From: a virus
DNA length: 64,000 nt
Direction: 5' to 3' (one strand)
IMG/VR virus record: IMGVR_UViG_3300046167_000876
In this document: positions 10,601-19,421 of the stretch, piece by piece
How positions within the stretch are numbered: the first letter of the stretch is position 1
Layout of the letters: every line of letters starts with the position of its first letter
Notes under the pieces: model-generated
The model's input: the letters and a program-made list of their open reading frames with translations, nothing else
Databases searched by the model: none
What the model was told of the DNA's origin: nothing
Position numbers and translations under genes: made by a program

Positions 10601-11388
10601 AATTGGCTGATAATAAATGGGAAACTTTAATATCTACTCTTAGTATACCTCCATCAGCACCTAAAAATGAAAAATTAGCAGATGAAGGAATATTTGAAGA
10701 AAATAAGGTTGTAACCGTTGAAGAGGATACAACTGAACCTATAGAAGGTGATCAAACCCGAATTGATGCTACACAGCTCCAACCTAATAAATTCATAAAA
10801 GACGAACTTAAAATATCTGAGGGTTATTATAGTGGAGGAGTAAATAGAGTATTTAGATCAAGTACTGTTGCTTATGCCTACCCAGATCCTAAACCTCGTA
10901 AAAAAATAAATCAAATAAAAAGAAAAAGTGATTATTATCCGGGTAAAGAAAATGAACCTTGGACTATTGGATATGGACAAACTTATTATGCACAAGGACA
11001 ACAATACGAAAGAGGAGGACAATTATTAACAGGTAAAGGTACCAGAGCATTATCCCCAGTAAAAGAAGGAGACTCTATTACTAAAGAATCAGCTGAAATG
11101 GGATTTGATAATGTATTATTAGGAATAGCTAAAACTATGTCATCTAAAAAAAGAATAAAAGTGCCTCTAACCCAAAATGAATATAATGCTCTTTTATCTT
11201 TCTCATATAATTCTGGGCCTGGTGTATCAAATCCTAAGAAAAAACTTTATAGCTTAATTAATACAAAACAATATGTAGCAGCGGGGTTTGAATTAGAAAA
11301 AACTCTTACTAATAATGGACAATTATTGTCTAGAAGAAAAAAAGAATCTGACATATGGTTTACTAATAATCCTGGAGATCCAATTTAA
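7612..11388 (+). CDS. Baseplate hub protein with C-terminal GH24 lysozyme domain
   Basis: N-terminal PMPGITS/LEWGH hub motifs; C-terminal EG...AYPD...WTIGYG, LTQNEYNALLSFSYNSG, L..RR..E. Confidence 0.75.
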   Translation: MTGNLIGEEFDDYVFNQINARQTLSGKGYDVTNLEDSNLLSPREINLLNNKSSFIKLASGVDFFSYLDIPTFDEAYKSGAIDPNGIFEWGGAHKLKDTNEERENGYIILDRGQEEYKLYKEQIKQNNKNQRLMGIQKLRNIGFSLEQAKSFSNTNQLAKSAVLFAGLGSLQSDKTIKSRFGISEDGNSIWNPDSAYGLGGNQFGKQPMPGITSATVNCINRGSIRSATIQIKAYNTFQFQLIELLYLKLGFTMMLEWGHNKYFSSEGLLEEVGSTLIEDSFFSSSPKTQLSVLKNIENYRKTYQGNYDGFFGRVTNFDWDFSPDGTYNITIKLVTLGDIIESLQVNIPAPINSLASDKSEVNGSNTIEVWLNKWEKRNAKVGGSTTVYRPNKKFLNLLNANYERQIAEEVFRYTNPDGSIFNGTMTQVKAQIRKNLTEEYKKETGEEGLNKERFQEELNNFKSQLNSQFNITNGLTKMNSYYTTFGNLLDAIQKYVVPRVVSGDLDSPLLSIGTDEDVNIVSAQPNQISFDISKCFIKPSLNIEGVTPPQFLQNQKIKDFLVLEKTGDKEDIIYGKLMNVYLNFSFIRSCLNKNISKEGTLGLFNFLSSICDGINSSLGNVNKIEPIINTEINEIVFIDQNPIRGNSELLKRLLERVPEKQEIIPFEVFGFNSDKGKPKSNFIKNFKFESKIPSSLATMMTIGTTAGGSSSKTIDGTAFASMNAGFVDRFQPQILPPPGFPNPIQEAEQAEKAEEEDVEAKFAAYWGVKIDSILQRNSYGTVLRDLDIGGLRQKMKDDVTRNVGVGNSIKWVIKSGTSLVQYKTGRGEQKSGTYNGYTFTGLTYREALDGFKSFKSGAGANVVSENDIDLASSYQQWMIYALTGNLTGKTDVNGNPFRIGNDRAQYLNMENKDFFKKGKQAFREYVNLRDQKEFRLSGTPSNQSGFLPITLNITMDGLSGMKIYQKINVNQKFLPQEYQTNSSTGTLDFIITKVDHKLADNKWETLISTLSIPPSAPKNEKLADEGIFEENKVVTVEEDTTEPIEGDQTRIDATQLQPNKFIKDELKISEGYYSGGVNRVFRSSTVAYAYPDPKPRKKINQIKRKSDYYPGKENEPWTIGYGQTYYAQGQQYERGGQLLTGKGTRALSPVKEGDSITKESAEMGFDNVLLGIAKTMSSKKRIKVPLTQNEYNALLSFSYNSGPGVSNPKKKLYSLINTKQYVAAGFELEKTLTNNGQLLSRRKKESDIWFTNNPGDPI

Positions 11389-11393
11389 AAATT

Positions 11394-12260
11394 ATGTATT
11401 ATCCTAAATCTCAAATACAAGAAAATTTATATACCAATGGTAATGAATATATAATAGCTTCAACATCAAAGCCTTATATAGGTTATTACTATCAAACTTC
11501 TAATAACCAAAGATTTACAGGAAAAAATCCTAATGATACCCCTAATTTTCAACTAATAAGTAAACCATCTAATATACTATCAAATGATATTGTATCTGAA
11601 ACTAATGGAACTGCAACCCCAAATGCTTTTTGGTCTAATGAATACCAATATATAAATAAAAAACAGGGAATAAACCTTCCTACTCCCGCATCACCCCCTG
11701 TTCAAATTACCCCTTTACCTACAGATAATAATTATTCTAATGGTTTTTTTACAAGATATTTTTTATATAATTTTGTAGAAAAATCTACTATAGAAACTAA
11801 TAGTTTAAATTATTCAATGTTTTTATCAAAATCTCCTAATACTCAATATGATAGATTTACTCCACTAACTTTATCTTGGAGTTTAACTGGTAAATATAAT
11901 AGTGTATTTAAATCGAATAAAAATAATGTAAATCTTTTAGAACAAAGAACCAGATCTTTTGGATTTAGTAACTTTTTTAAAGATAAATATGCTCAATATT
12001 ATCAATATAAAGATAATGAAAATTTATATAGTAATGGAAAAGAGATAAGATATACTAAAACTAAAAAACCTTATATTGGTTATTATCATATACACCCTGA
12101 AAAAGGACCAATGGTTGGGAGGCAACATACAATGGAAGCCCATGATTATTTGGAATTTACAACAACAGGTTCTATATTAAACTCATTACCTCCAACTCCA
12201 CAATCTGGTTCATATAATGAACCTACAAAAGTAATCCCAAATACATTTGGAGGCTATTAA
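11394..12260 (+). CDS. Hypothetical structural protein with duplicated ENLY.NG.E...KPYIGYY motif
   Basis: End of tail module; motif present at both N- and C-terminus. Confidence 0.6.
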   Translation: MYYPKSQIQENLYTNGNEYIIASTSKPYIGYYYQTSNNQRFTGKNPNDTPNFQLISKPSNILSNDIVSETNGTATPNAFWSNEYQYINKKQGINLPTPASPPVQITPLPTDNNYSNGFFTRYFLYNFVEKSTIETNSLNYSMFLSKSPNTQYDRFTPLTLSWSLTGKYNSVFKSNKNNVNLLEQRTRSFGFSNFFKDKYAQYYQYKDNENLYSNGKEIRYTKTKKPYIGYYHIHPEKGPMVGRQHTMEAHDYLEFTTTGSILNSLPPTPQSGSYNEPTKVIPNTFGGY

Positions 12261-12275
12261 TTGAGTTCGTATATT
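12246..12275 (+). promoter_or_regulatory. Bacteroidota-type promoter TTTG-N20-TATATT (early/middle class)
   Basis: TTTG at 12246, CGTATATT at 12268; same geometry at about 16 sites in the window. Confidence 0.75.
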
Positions 12276-12293
12276 AGGGTAAAATAAGGTTAT

Positions 12294-13565
12294 ATGTACT
12301 GGCTTGTAGAAGACGAGGAGCAGTTAAATGTTTTAATAAATAGTGGTTATAAAGAGGCTTTCATTGAGGTAATACCTTATAATGACACAATACACCCCAC
12401 ACAAAATCATGTTAGTTTAGTGTATATTAGACCAATTGAAGCGAGTAAAGGCTTTATGGTATGCATTACACATAGTGAATGTTTAAATGTGTTAAACACG
12501 CGTATAAACGATTTATTAAATAAATTTGAAGTATTATATTGTCGTGATAAAAAGGAAATATTACACTATTTTCCAATCAAAACTCTTTATGACATAACAC
12601 CACCCCCTACTACGTATATACGACCTACAACACAAACACATGATTTATATTATCGTGAACACAAAGATAATCCGGAGTTAAACTTAATTATACCGATTGT
12701 TAAACATTATGAATTGTGTGAAACGATTTTTAGAGATCTAAAAACAAATATTAACATAGAAAAAACTAAATATGATGAATTCTTTAACAGTAGAGTATCC
12801 GTGGTATTCAACGCTATCGAGAGAAGTGGAATACGTATACACAACAAAACCTTCAATGAATATTTCCATCCCGTTGATGGTGAATACATCTACACTCAGT
12901 TCAACTTAAAAACAACAACAACAAGACCCTCAAATAAATTTAAAAATGTAAATTATGCCGCACTTAATAAAGAAAATGGTTGTAGAAAAAGTTTTATACC
13001 ACGTAATAATAGGTTTGTGGAAATTGATATTTCTGCTTACCATCCTAGCTTGTCTGCTCGTCTTATTGATTATGATTTTGCCGGGGTTGATATTCACGCT
13101 CATTTTGCTTCCTTATATGGAGTGGATTATAAAAAATCGAAAGAACTTACCTTCAAACAGCTCTATGGAGGCGTTTTTGACAATTACAAAGGCCTGGAAT
13201 TCTTTCAAAAAATCGAAAAATACGTAGGAGAACTTTGGAGTAAGTTTCAAAGCGATGGGTTTGTAGAATGTAAGATTTCTGGGTATAGATATGAAAAAGA
13301 AAACTTGGATAATATGAATCCACAAAAGTTATTTAATTACATTTTACAAAATTTAGAAACGTCTACAAATGTGTTGATATTGTGGGATATACTTTGTATA
13401 TTACGAGAATATAAAACGAAACTAGTACTATATACTTATGATTCGTTTTTATTTGATTGGGATGAGAATGAAACAGAATTATTAGAGAAAATAAGAGATA
13501 TTTTCAAAAAATATAAATTAAATATTAAAGAAATAGAAGGTTATGACTACAATTTTACAAAATAG
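12294..13565 (+). CDS. Divergent family A DNA polymerase-like protein
   Basis: TTTRPS, motif A EIDISAYHP, motif B KELTFKQLYGG, NYILQ, motif C YTYDSFLFD. Confidence 0.75.
   Translation: MYWLVEDEEQLNVLINSGYKEAFIEVIPYNDTIHPTQNHVSLVYIRPIEASKGFMVCITHSECLNVLNTRINDLLNKFEVLYCRDKKEILHYFPIKTLYDITPPPTTYIRPTTQTHDLYYREHKDNPELNLIIPIVKHYELCETIFRDLKTNINIEKTKYDEFFNSRVSVVFNAIERSGIRIHNKTFNEYFHPVDGEYIYTQFNLKTTTTRPSNKFKNVNYAALNKENGCRKSFIPRNNRFVEIDISAYHPSLSARLIDYDFAGVDIHAHFASLYGVDYKKSKELTFKQLYGGVFDNYKGLEFFQKIEKYVGELWSKFQSDGFVECKISGYRYEKENLDNMNPQKLFNYILQNLETSTNVLILWDILCILREYKTKLVLYTYDSFLFDWDENETELLEKIRDIFKKYKLNIKEIEGYDYNFTK
12955..13227 (+). CDS. Candidate nested +1-frame membrane protein inside polA-like gene
   Basis: 90-codon ATG ORF with a long hydrophobic stretch; host gene codon usage distorted over this interval. 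Confidence 0.5.
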   Translation: MPHLIKKMVVEKVLYHVIIGLWKLIFLLTILACLLVLLIMILPGLIFTLILLPYMEWIIKNRKNLPSNSSMEAFLTITKAWNSFKKSKNT

Positions 13566-14010
13566 AACTAATACGTATAATGCGAATTATGATGTCATAA
13601 AAGACATCCAAAACGCAGGAGATTTGAATAATAAATTATTTTGTACTTTCACCAACTTAGAAGGGTTAGATGCACTTATTGAAGAAATACAATCGAGATA
13701 TACAATCATATATAATAAAATGTTTGTTTTAGAAATTGTAGATAAAGATGAATATGTGGTTACATATAATGTAGACCAAGGAAATGTACACACAATCCCA
13801 GACAATACTATTTTAGTACATAGAAAAAAGGAATCCAACACCTTATATACAATTAATGCTCTTAACGAACTTATTAAAAAGTTAAATGGTGGTGTAGTAG
13901 ATACTAAATATAAAGTAGATTGGCAACATTATAGAAATTGTGTTTTACTTACACAACATAATGATTTAAACCAATTAAATACAAAAATATATAAAATAAT
14001 CGAAGTATAA
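13543..14010 (+). CDS. Conserved-looking hypothetical protein (start uncertain)
   Basis: KLFCTF, TILVHRKKESNTLYTINALN; between polA and ssb. Confidence 0.7.
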   Translation: MTTILQNRTNTYNANYDVIKDIQNAGDLNNKLFCTFTNLEGLDALIEEIQSRYTIIYNKMFVLEIVDKDEYVVTYNVDQGNVHTIPDNTILVHRKKESNTLYTINALNELIKKLNGGVVDTKYKVDWQHYRNCVLLTQHNDLNQLNTKIYKIIEV

Positions 14011-14040
14011 TTTGGTTCCCCAAATTTCATTTCGTATATT
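14011..14040 (+). promoter_or_regulatory. Promoter TTTG-N20-TATATT upstream of ssb
   Basis: TTTG at 14011, CGTATATT at 14033. Confidence 0.75.
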
Positions 14041-14082
14041 AGGTTACATATAAACAGTTATAATTAAAAATAAGTTACAATT

Positions 14083-14910
14083 ATGGATTTAAATGCACTA
14101 AAGCAAAAATTGGATACCCTCCAATCAAAACCACAGGGTGGTCAAAAGACCGATTACACAACAATTTTTTGGAGACCTACAGTAGGTAAACAACAAATTA
14201 GAATCGTACCATCAGCGTATGATGCTTCCAACCCATTTACTGAGTTGAAGTTTTATTATGGAATTACTAATAAAGTAATGATTTCACCTCTTAATTTTGG
14301 GGAAAAAGACCCTATTGCTCTATTCGCGGGGAAACTACGTGAAGGTGAGTATAATAAAGAGAATTATATACTTGCTAAAAAGCTAGATGCTAAAAACCGA
14401 ATTTTTGTTCCTGTAGTAGTACGTGGAGAAGAAGATAAAGGTGTTAGACTATGGCAATTTGGGAAACAAGTATATGAAGAATTATTAGCACTTGCAGTTG
14501 ATGATGAAATTGGAGATTATACTGACATTGTAAATGGTAGAGATCTTACAGTAGAAACAGTAGGACCAGAATCAACAGGTACTCCTTATAATAAATCATC
14601 AGTTAGAGTTAGATTAAAAACCTCTCCACTTAGTGAAGATGCTACACTAGTAGAAAAATGGACAAATGAACAACCAAACCCAACAGATGGTTTATTTAAA
14701 AGATATTCATTTGAAGACATGAAATCAGCTTTAGAAAAATGGTTATCACCAGAAGAAGATGAAGAAGAAGTAGTTGCTACTCCAGTAGCAGCTAAACCAG
14801 CTACAAACTTTAGTTTAGATACTTCAAAAGCTAAACAAAGTAAAGTAGATCAATTTGATTCTTTATTTGAAAATAAAGCTAGTAATGAAGTTGATGATCT
14901 ACCTTTCTAA
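14083..14910 (+). CDS. Single-stranded DNA-binding protein (T4 gp32-like)
   Basis: FWRP..G...IRIVP, DPI, LWQFGK, D..D...GRDL; acidic tail ending DDLPF. Confidence 0.85.
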   Translation: MDLNALKQKLDTLQSKPQGGQKTDYTTIFWRPTVGKQQIRIVPSAYDASNPFTELKFYYGITNKVMISPLNFGEKDPIALFAGKLREGEYNKENYILAKKLDAKNRIFVPVVVRGEEDKGVRLWQFGKQVYEELLALAVDDEIGDYTDIVNGRDLTVETVGPESTGTPYNKSSVRVRLKTSPLSEDATLVEKWTNEQPNPTDGLFKRYSFEDMKSALEKWLSPEEDEEEVVATPVAAKPATNFSLDTSKAKQSKVDQFDSLFENKASNEVDDLPF

Positions 14911-14912
14911 AT

Positions 14913-15986
14913 ATGGCAAGAAAAGCATCGAAGTCTCTCTCGGCGGCAGTATCCGCCGAGATTAAGAGCAAATTTGACTTAAATAAATTTAAATCATCTA
15001 AAGGTTTAGATAAAAACGTTAAATTTAAGGAACAAAAATGGATACCATTATCTCCTGCTTTTCAAGAAATTGCTGGAGTACCTGGGGTACCCATGGGACA
15101 TATTTCATTACTTAGAGGACATTCTGATACAGGTAAAACAACTGCTTTACTTGAAGCTGCAGTATCAGCACAAAAAATGGGAATATTACCTGTTTTTATT
15201 ATTACTGAGATGAAATGGAATTGGGAACATGCCGCTCAAATGGGATTAGAAGTTAAACTAATCAAAGATGATGAAGGTAATGTTATTGATTATGAGGGAA
15301 ACTTTATTTATGTTGATAGAGAAACTTTACATACTATTGAAGACGTAGCAGCATTTATAATGGATCTACAGAATGAACAGAAAAAAGGTAATCTACCTTA
15401 TGATTTAGCATTTTTCTGGGATAGTATTGGATCAATTCCTTGTGCAATGTCAGTTGAAAAGTTGAAAAACAATAACGAATGGAATGCTGGAGCCATGTCA
15501 ACACAATTTGGTAATACAGTTAACCAGAGTATTGTAATGTCTCGTAAAGAATCATCACCATATACTAATACTTTAATTTGTATTAATAAAGTATGGACAG
15601 CCAAAGCAGAATCACCTATGGGTCAACCTAAAATGATGAATAAAGGTGGAATGGCTATGTGGTATGATGCAACATTTGTAGTTACCTTTGGAAATGTTTC
15701 TAATGCTGGAACTTCTAAAATTAAAGCAATTAAAGGTGGTAAGCAAGTAGAATGGGGTAAAAGAACAAATTTACAGATTGATAAAAATCATGTTAATGGT
15801 ATGCAATCAAGAGGTAAAATTGTTATGACAAATCATGGTTTTATTACAGATACTGATAAAGATAAGAATGCCTACAAGAAAGAACATTCAGATGAATGGA
15901 CAAAAATCTTGGGTGGAGGAACATTCAAAATTGTAGAAGACCAAGAAGATGTAACCCCTGTACTTTACGACGTACAAGACTTATAA
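14913..15986 (+). CDS. RecA/UvsX-like recombinase
   Basis: Walker A GHSDTGKTT, FFWDSIG Walker B, GG.A..Y. Confidence 0.85.
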   Translation: MARKASKSLSAAVSAEIKSKFDLNKFKSSKGLDKNVKFKEQKWIPLSPAFQEIAGVPGVPMGHISLLRGHSDTGKTTALLEAAVSAQKMGILPVFIITEMKWNWEHAAQMGLEVKLIKDDEGNVIDYEGNFIYVDRETLHTIEDVAAFIMDLQNEQKKGNLPYDLAFFWDSIGSIPCAMSVEKLKNNNEWNAGAMSTQFGNTVNQSIVMSRKESSPYTNTLICINKVWTAKAESPMGQPKMMNKGGMAMWYDATFVVTFGNVSNAGTSKIKAIKGGKQVEWGKRTNLQIDKNHVNGMQSRGKIVMTNHGFITDTDKDKNAYKKEHSDEWTKILGGGTFKIVEDQEDVTPVLYDVQDL

Positions 15987-15994
15987 ATAAAAAC

Positions 15995-17035
15995 ATGAAG
16001 CATAAAGAGTTATTTAATCTTCTGGATAATATCCAAGAAGATCAGGAGATCCCTACCCAAAATAGACACGACAGAGTATTAATTTTAGATGGTTTAAATT
16101 TATTTTTTAGAAATTTTGCTATGATGAATATGGTTAATCCTGATGGGGTCCATATTGGAGGATTAGGTGGGTTTTTTCGCTCTTTAGGTGCTATGATTAG
16201 ACAAACAAATCCAACATCTGTTTATGTAGTATTCGACGGAGCAGGTTCAACCGTAAATCGTAAGAATCTGCTCTCCGAATATAAAGGTACTAGAAATTTA
16301 CAACGAATTACTAATTGGGAAGCATTTGATAATCTTGAAGAAGAACATGATTCAAAAATTGACCAAATAGTGCGTATAATCCAGTATTTAAAGCTATTAC
16401 CTGTTAAAACCACTATAATCGATAAAGTTGAAGCTGATGATATTATAGCAGTGTTAGCTGAAAAATTAGTAGAAAAATGTAATTCAACTTGTTTTATAGT
16501 ATCTAGCGATAAAGATTTTCTACAGTTAGTAACAGATAAGATTATTGTTTACAGACCAATGGAAAAAGAGTACTATACTCCTAAAACTGTAGAAGAAAAA
16601 TTTGGATTAAAACCTACTAATTTTATTTTACATAAAGTATTACTAGGAGATAATTCAGATAATATTCGAGGAATTAAAGGTTTAGGTGCAAAAGGTATAT
16701 TTAAAAAATTTCCTGAATTAAAAACCCATGATTTAACTTTAGATGATATTTTCGATATATCTGCTAGGAAATTTAAGGATCATGTTGTATATTCCCGTAT
16801 TGTTCAAGAACAAGCTAGAATTGAAACTAATTATAAGGTTATGGATTTAAGTATCCCAATGATTGATGATAAAGGAAAAGAACATATAGATAATTTAATA
16901 AATGAAGGTTTACCTGAATTTAATCCTGAAATGTTTATATCATTTTATAATGAAGATAAATTAGGAGGGATGATTAGAAATTTAGATTCATGGTTAAAAG
17001 ATATATTTGCTCTATTTCCAACTTATAAAAAATAA
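15995..17035 (+). CDS. 5'-3' exonuclease / flap endonuclease (T4 RNase H-like)
   Basis: LILDG.N, VFDG, YKGTR, EADD, SSDKDF.QL, GDNSDNI.GIKGLG. Confidence 0.92.
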   Translation: MKHKELFNLLDNIQEDQEIPTQNRHDRVLILDGLNLFFRNFAMMNMVNPDGVHIGGLGGFFRSLGAMIRQTNPTSVYVVFDGAGSTVNRKNLLSEYKGTRNLQRITNWEAFDNLEEEHDSKIDQIVRIIQYLKLLPVKTTIIDKVEADDIIAVLAEKLVEKCNSTCFIVSSDKDFLQLVTDKIIVYRPMEKEYYTPKTVEEKFGLKPTNFILHKVLLGDNSDNIRGIKGLGAKGIFKKFPELKTHDLTLDDIFDISARKFKDHVVYSRIVQEQARIETNYKVMDLSIPMIDDKGKEHIDNLINEGLPEFNPEMFISFYNEDKLGGMIRNLDSWLKDIFALFPTYKK

Positions 17036-17046
17036 AAAGGTTATAA

Positions 17047-18420
17047 ATGACATTAAATAGTATAAATCAATACGGACATGATTTTCAAATTAAAGTATTA
17101 TCATCTCTACTAACTCATAAAGAATTTCTTACTAATATTCATGATATTATCTCAGAAGAATATTTTGAAAATCAAGCACAAAAATGGGCAATTAAAGAAG
17201 TACTTAAATATTATGATAAGTATCATACTACTCCTTCATTAGATATATTAAAAGTAGAATTACAAAAAGTAGATAATGAAGTATTACAAATTTCTATTAA
17301 AGACCAATTAAAACAAGCATACGTAACTTCAGATGAAGATTTAGAATATGTTCAAGAAGAATTTACTAATTTTTGTAAAAACCAACAATTGAAGAAGGCC
17401 TTAATGTCGTCTGTGGATTTATTAAAAGCAGGCGACTTTGATGGTATTCGTTTTATTGTAGATAATGCTTTAAAAGCAGGACAAGATAAAAATATAGGAC
17501 ATGAATATGTTAAAGATATTGAATCAAGGTATAGAGAAAATTCAAGAGAAACTATACAAACACCTTGGCCGCGTATTAACGATTTACTACAAGGGGGACT
17601 TGGAAATGGAGATTTTGGTCTCATATTTGGTAATCCAGGAGGTGGTAAATCTTGGTCATTAGTAGCTTTAGGAGGACATGCTGTAAGATTAGGATACAAT
17701 GTACTTCATTATACTCTTGAATTAGGAGAAGATTATGTTGGAAAAAGATATGATGCTTTTTTTACTAAAATTCCTGTTAATAAGGTAGATTCTCATAGAG
17801 ATAAAATTGAAGAAATTATCCCTCAACTACCAGGAAAGTTAATAATTAAAGAATATCCAACGGGTAAGGCAACTATCTCAACTATTGAATCACATATTGC
17901 AAAAGCTACAAGTATGGGTTCTAAACCTGATTTAGTAATTATTGATTATGTAGACCTTCTTTCATCAAGAAGAAAAAATAGAGAGCGTAAGGATGAAATT
18001 GATGATATTTATACAAGTACTAAAGGATTAGCTAGACAATTAGATATACCAATTTGGTCTGTTTCACAAGTTAATCGTGCTGGTGCACAAGATAAAGTGA
18101 TTCAAGGAGATAAGGCAGCAGGATCATATGATAAAATTATGATAACTGATTTTTGTATGTCTCTTTCACGTAAAAAAGAAGATAAAATTAACAACACAGG
18201 TAGATTTCATCTAATGAAAAATCGATATGGAATGGATGGAATGACTTTTGGTGTTGAAGCTGATACTTCTACTGGTCATTTTGTAGTTAAAAATGAATAT
18301 TTTGAAGGAGAAGAATCTGAAACATTAGCTCCAACAACACGTTCTAATAAATTTGATACAGACGTAGATGACTTTGATAAACAATTGTTACGTAAGAAAT
18401 TTTTTGAACTAAACTCATAA
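17047..18420 (+). CDS. dnaB: Replicative DnaB-like helicase
   Basis: GNPGGGKS Walker A, YTLEL, IIDYVDL, SQVNR, KNRYG. Confidence 0.9.
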   Translation: MTLNSINQYGHDFQIKVLSSLLTHKEFLTNIHDIISEEYFENQAQKWAIKEVLKYYDKYHTTPSLDILKVELQKVDNEVLQISIKDQLKQAYVTSDEDLEYVQEEFTNFCKNQQLKKALMSSVDLLKAGDFDGIRFIVDNALKAGQDKNIGHEYVKDIESRYRENSRETIQTPWPRINDLLQGGLGNGDFGLIFGNPGGGKSWSLVALGGHAVRLGYNVLHYTLELGEDYVGKRYDAFFTKIPVNKVDSHRDKIEEIIPQLPGKLIIKEYPTGKATISTIESHIAKATSMGSKPDLVIIDYVDLLSSRRKNRERKDEIDDIYTSTKGLARQLDIPIWSVSQVNRAGAQDKVIQGDKAAGSYDKIMITDFCMSLSRKKEDKINNTGRFHLMKNRYGMDGMTFGVEADTSTGHFVVKNEYFEGEESETLAPTTRSNKFDTDVDDFDKQLLRKKFFELNS

Positions 18421-18431
18421 ATAAAAAAATA

Positions 18432-19418
18432 ATGGCAAAAACCTCATTACTACAAGAAAGAATAGTATACAAACCTTTTGAATACCCAGAAGCACATGAT
18501 TACTGGATGAAACAACAACAAGCACATTGGTTACATACAGAAGTACCAATGATGTCTGATGTAAATGATTGGAAACAAAATCTAACAAAAACAGAAAAAA
18601 ATATTATTGGTTCTATTTTAAAAGGATTTGCTCAAACAGAAACTGTAGTAAATGATTATTGGTCGTCTTTAGTAACTAAGTGGTTTAGAAAACCTGAAGT
18701 AATTAAAATGGCTGTTACATTTGGGGCGTTTGAAACTATTCATGCCGAAGCTTATTCTTTACTAAATGAAGAATTAGGATTAGATGATTTTAGTGAGTTT
18801 TTAGAAGATGAAGCTACAATGGCAAAAATAGAGGCATTAACTGAAGTAAGAGATTCTCATGATGGTACTCCTAATTGGCATGAAAGAGCAAAATCCTTAG
18901 CTATATTTTCAGCATTTACAGAAGGGGTTAATCTCTTTTCTTCTTTTGCTGTTTTACTTTCTTTTAAATTAGATAATAAACTTAAGGGAGTAGGACAAAT
19001 TGTAGAATGGAGTATTAGAGACGAATCATTACATTCAGATGCTGGGTGTTGGTTATTTAGAACATTACTAAAAGAACACCCAGAATATGACACTCCAAAA
19101 TTAAAAGCTGATATTGAAGAAGCAGCTAAATTATCTTTAAAATTAGAATTAGATTTTATTGATACTGTTTATGAAATGGGAGATTTAAAAGGATGTCCTA
19201 AATATGATTTAGTATCCTTTATTAAACATAGAGTAAATACTAAAATGGGAGATTTAGGGTATGGTCCTATAGTAAATGGTATTGATCAAGAAGCAGTAAA
19301 AAGAATGAAATGGTTTGATAATTTATCAGGTGGTAAACAACATACAGATTTCTTTGCAAATAGAGTTACAAATTATAGTAAAGGTGTTCAAAATTGGGAC
19401 GCAAACAGTTTATTTTAA
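18432..19418 (+). CDS. nrdB: Ribonucleotide reductase class I beta subunit
   Basis: W...EV....D, ETIHAEAY, EGV.LFSSF, RDESLH, DFFANRVTNY. Confidence 0.95.
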   Translation: MAKTSLLQERIVYKPFEYPEAHDYWMKQQQAHWLHTEVPMMSDVNDWKQNLTKTEKNIIGSILKGFAQTETVVNDYWSSLVTKWFRKPEVIKMAVTFGAFETIHAEAYSLLNEELGLDDFSEFLEDEATMAKIEALTEVRDSHDGTPNWHERAKSLAIFSAFTEGVNLFSSFAVLLSFKLDNKLKGVGQIVEWSIRDESLHSDAGCWLFRTLLKEHPEYDTPKLKADIEEAAKLSLKLELDFIDTVYEMGDLKGCPKYDLVSFIKHRVNTKMGDLGYGPIVNGIDQEAVKRMKWFDNLSGGKQHTDFFANRVTNYSKGVQNWDANSLF

Positions 19419-19421
19419 AAT

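Noticed and set aside
15896-15994. 33-aa N-terminal extension of the exonuclease overlapping recA
   Set aside because: ATG at 15995 follows the recA stop with a normal A-rich leader; the extension looks non-coding
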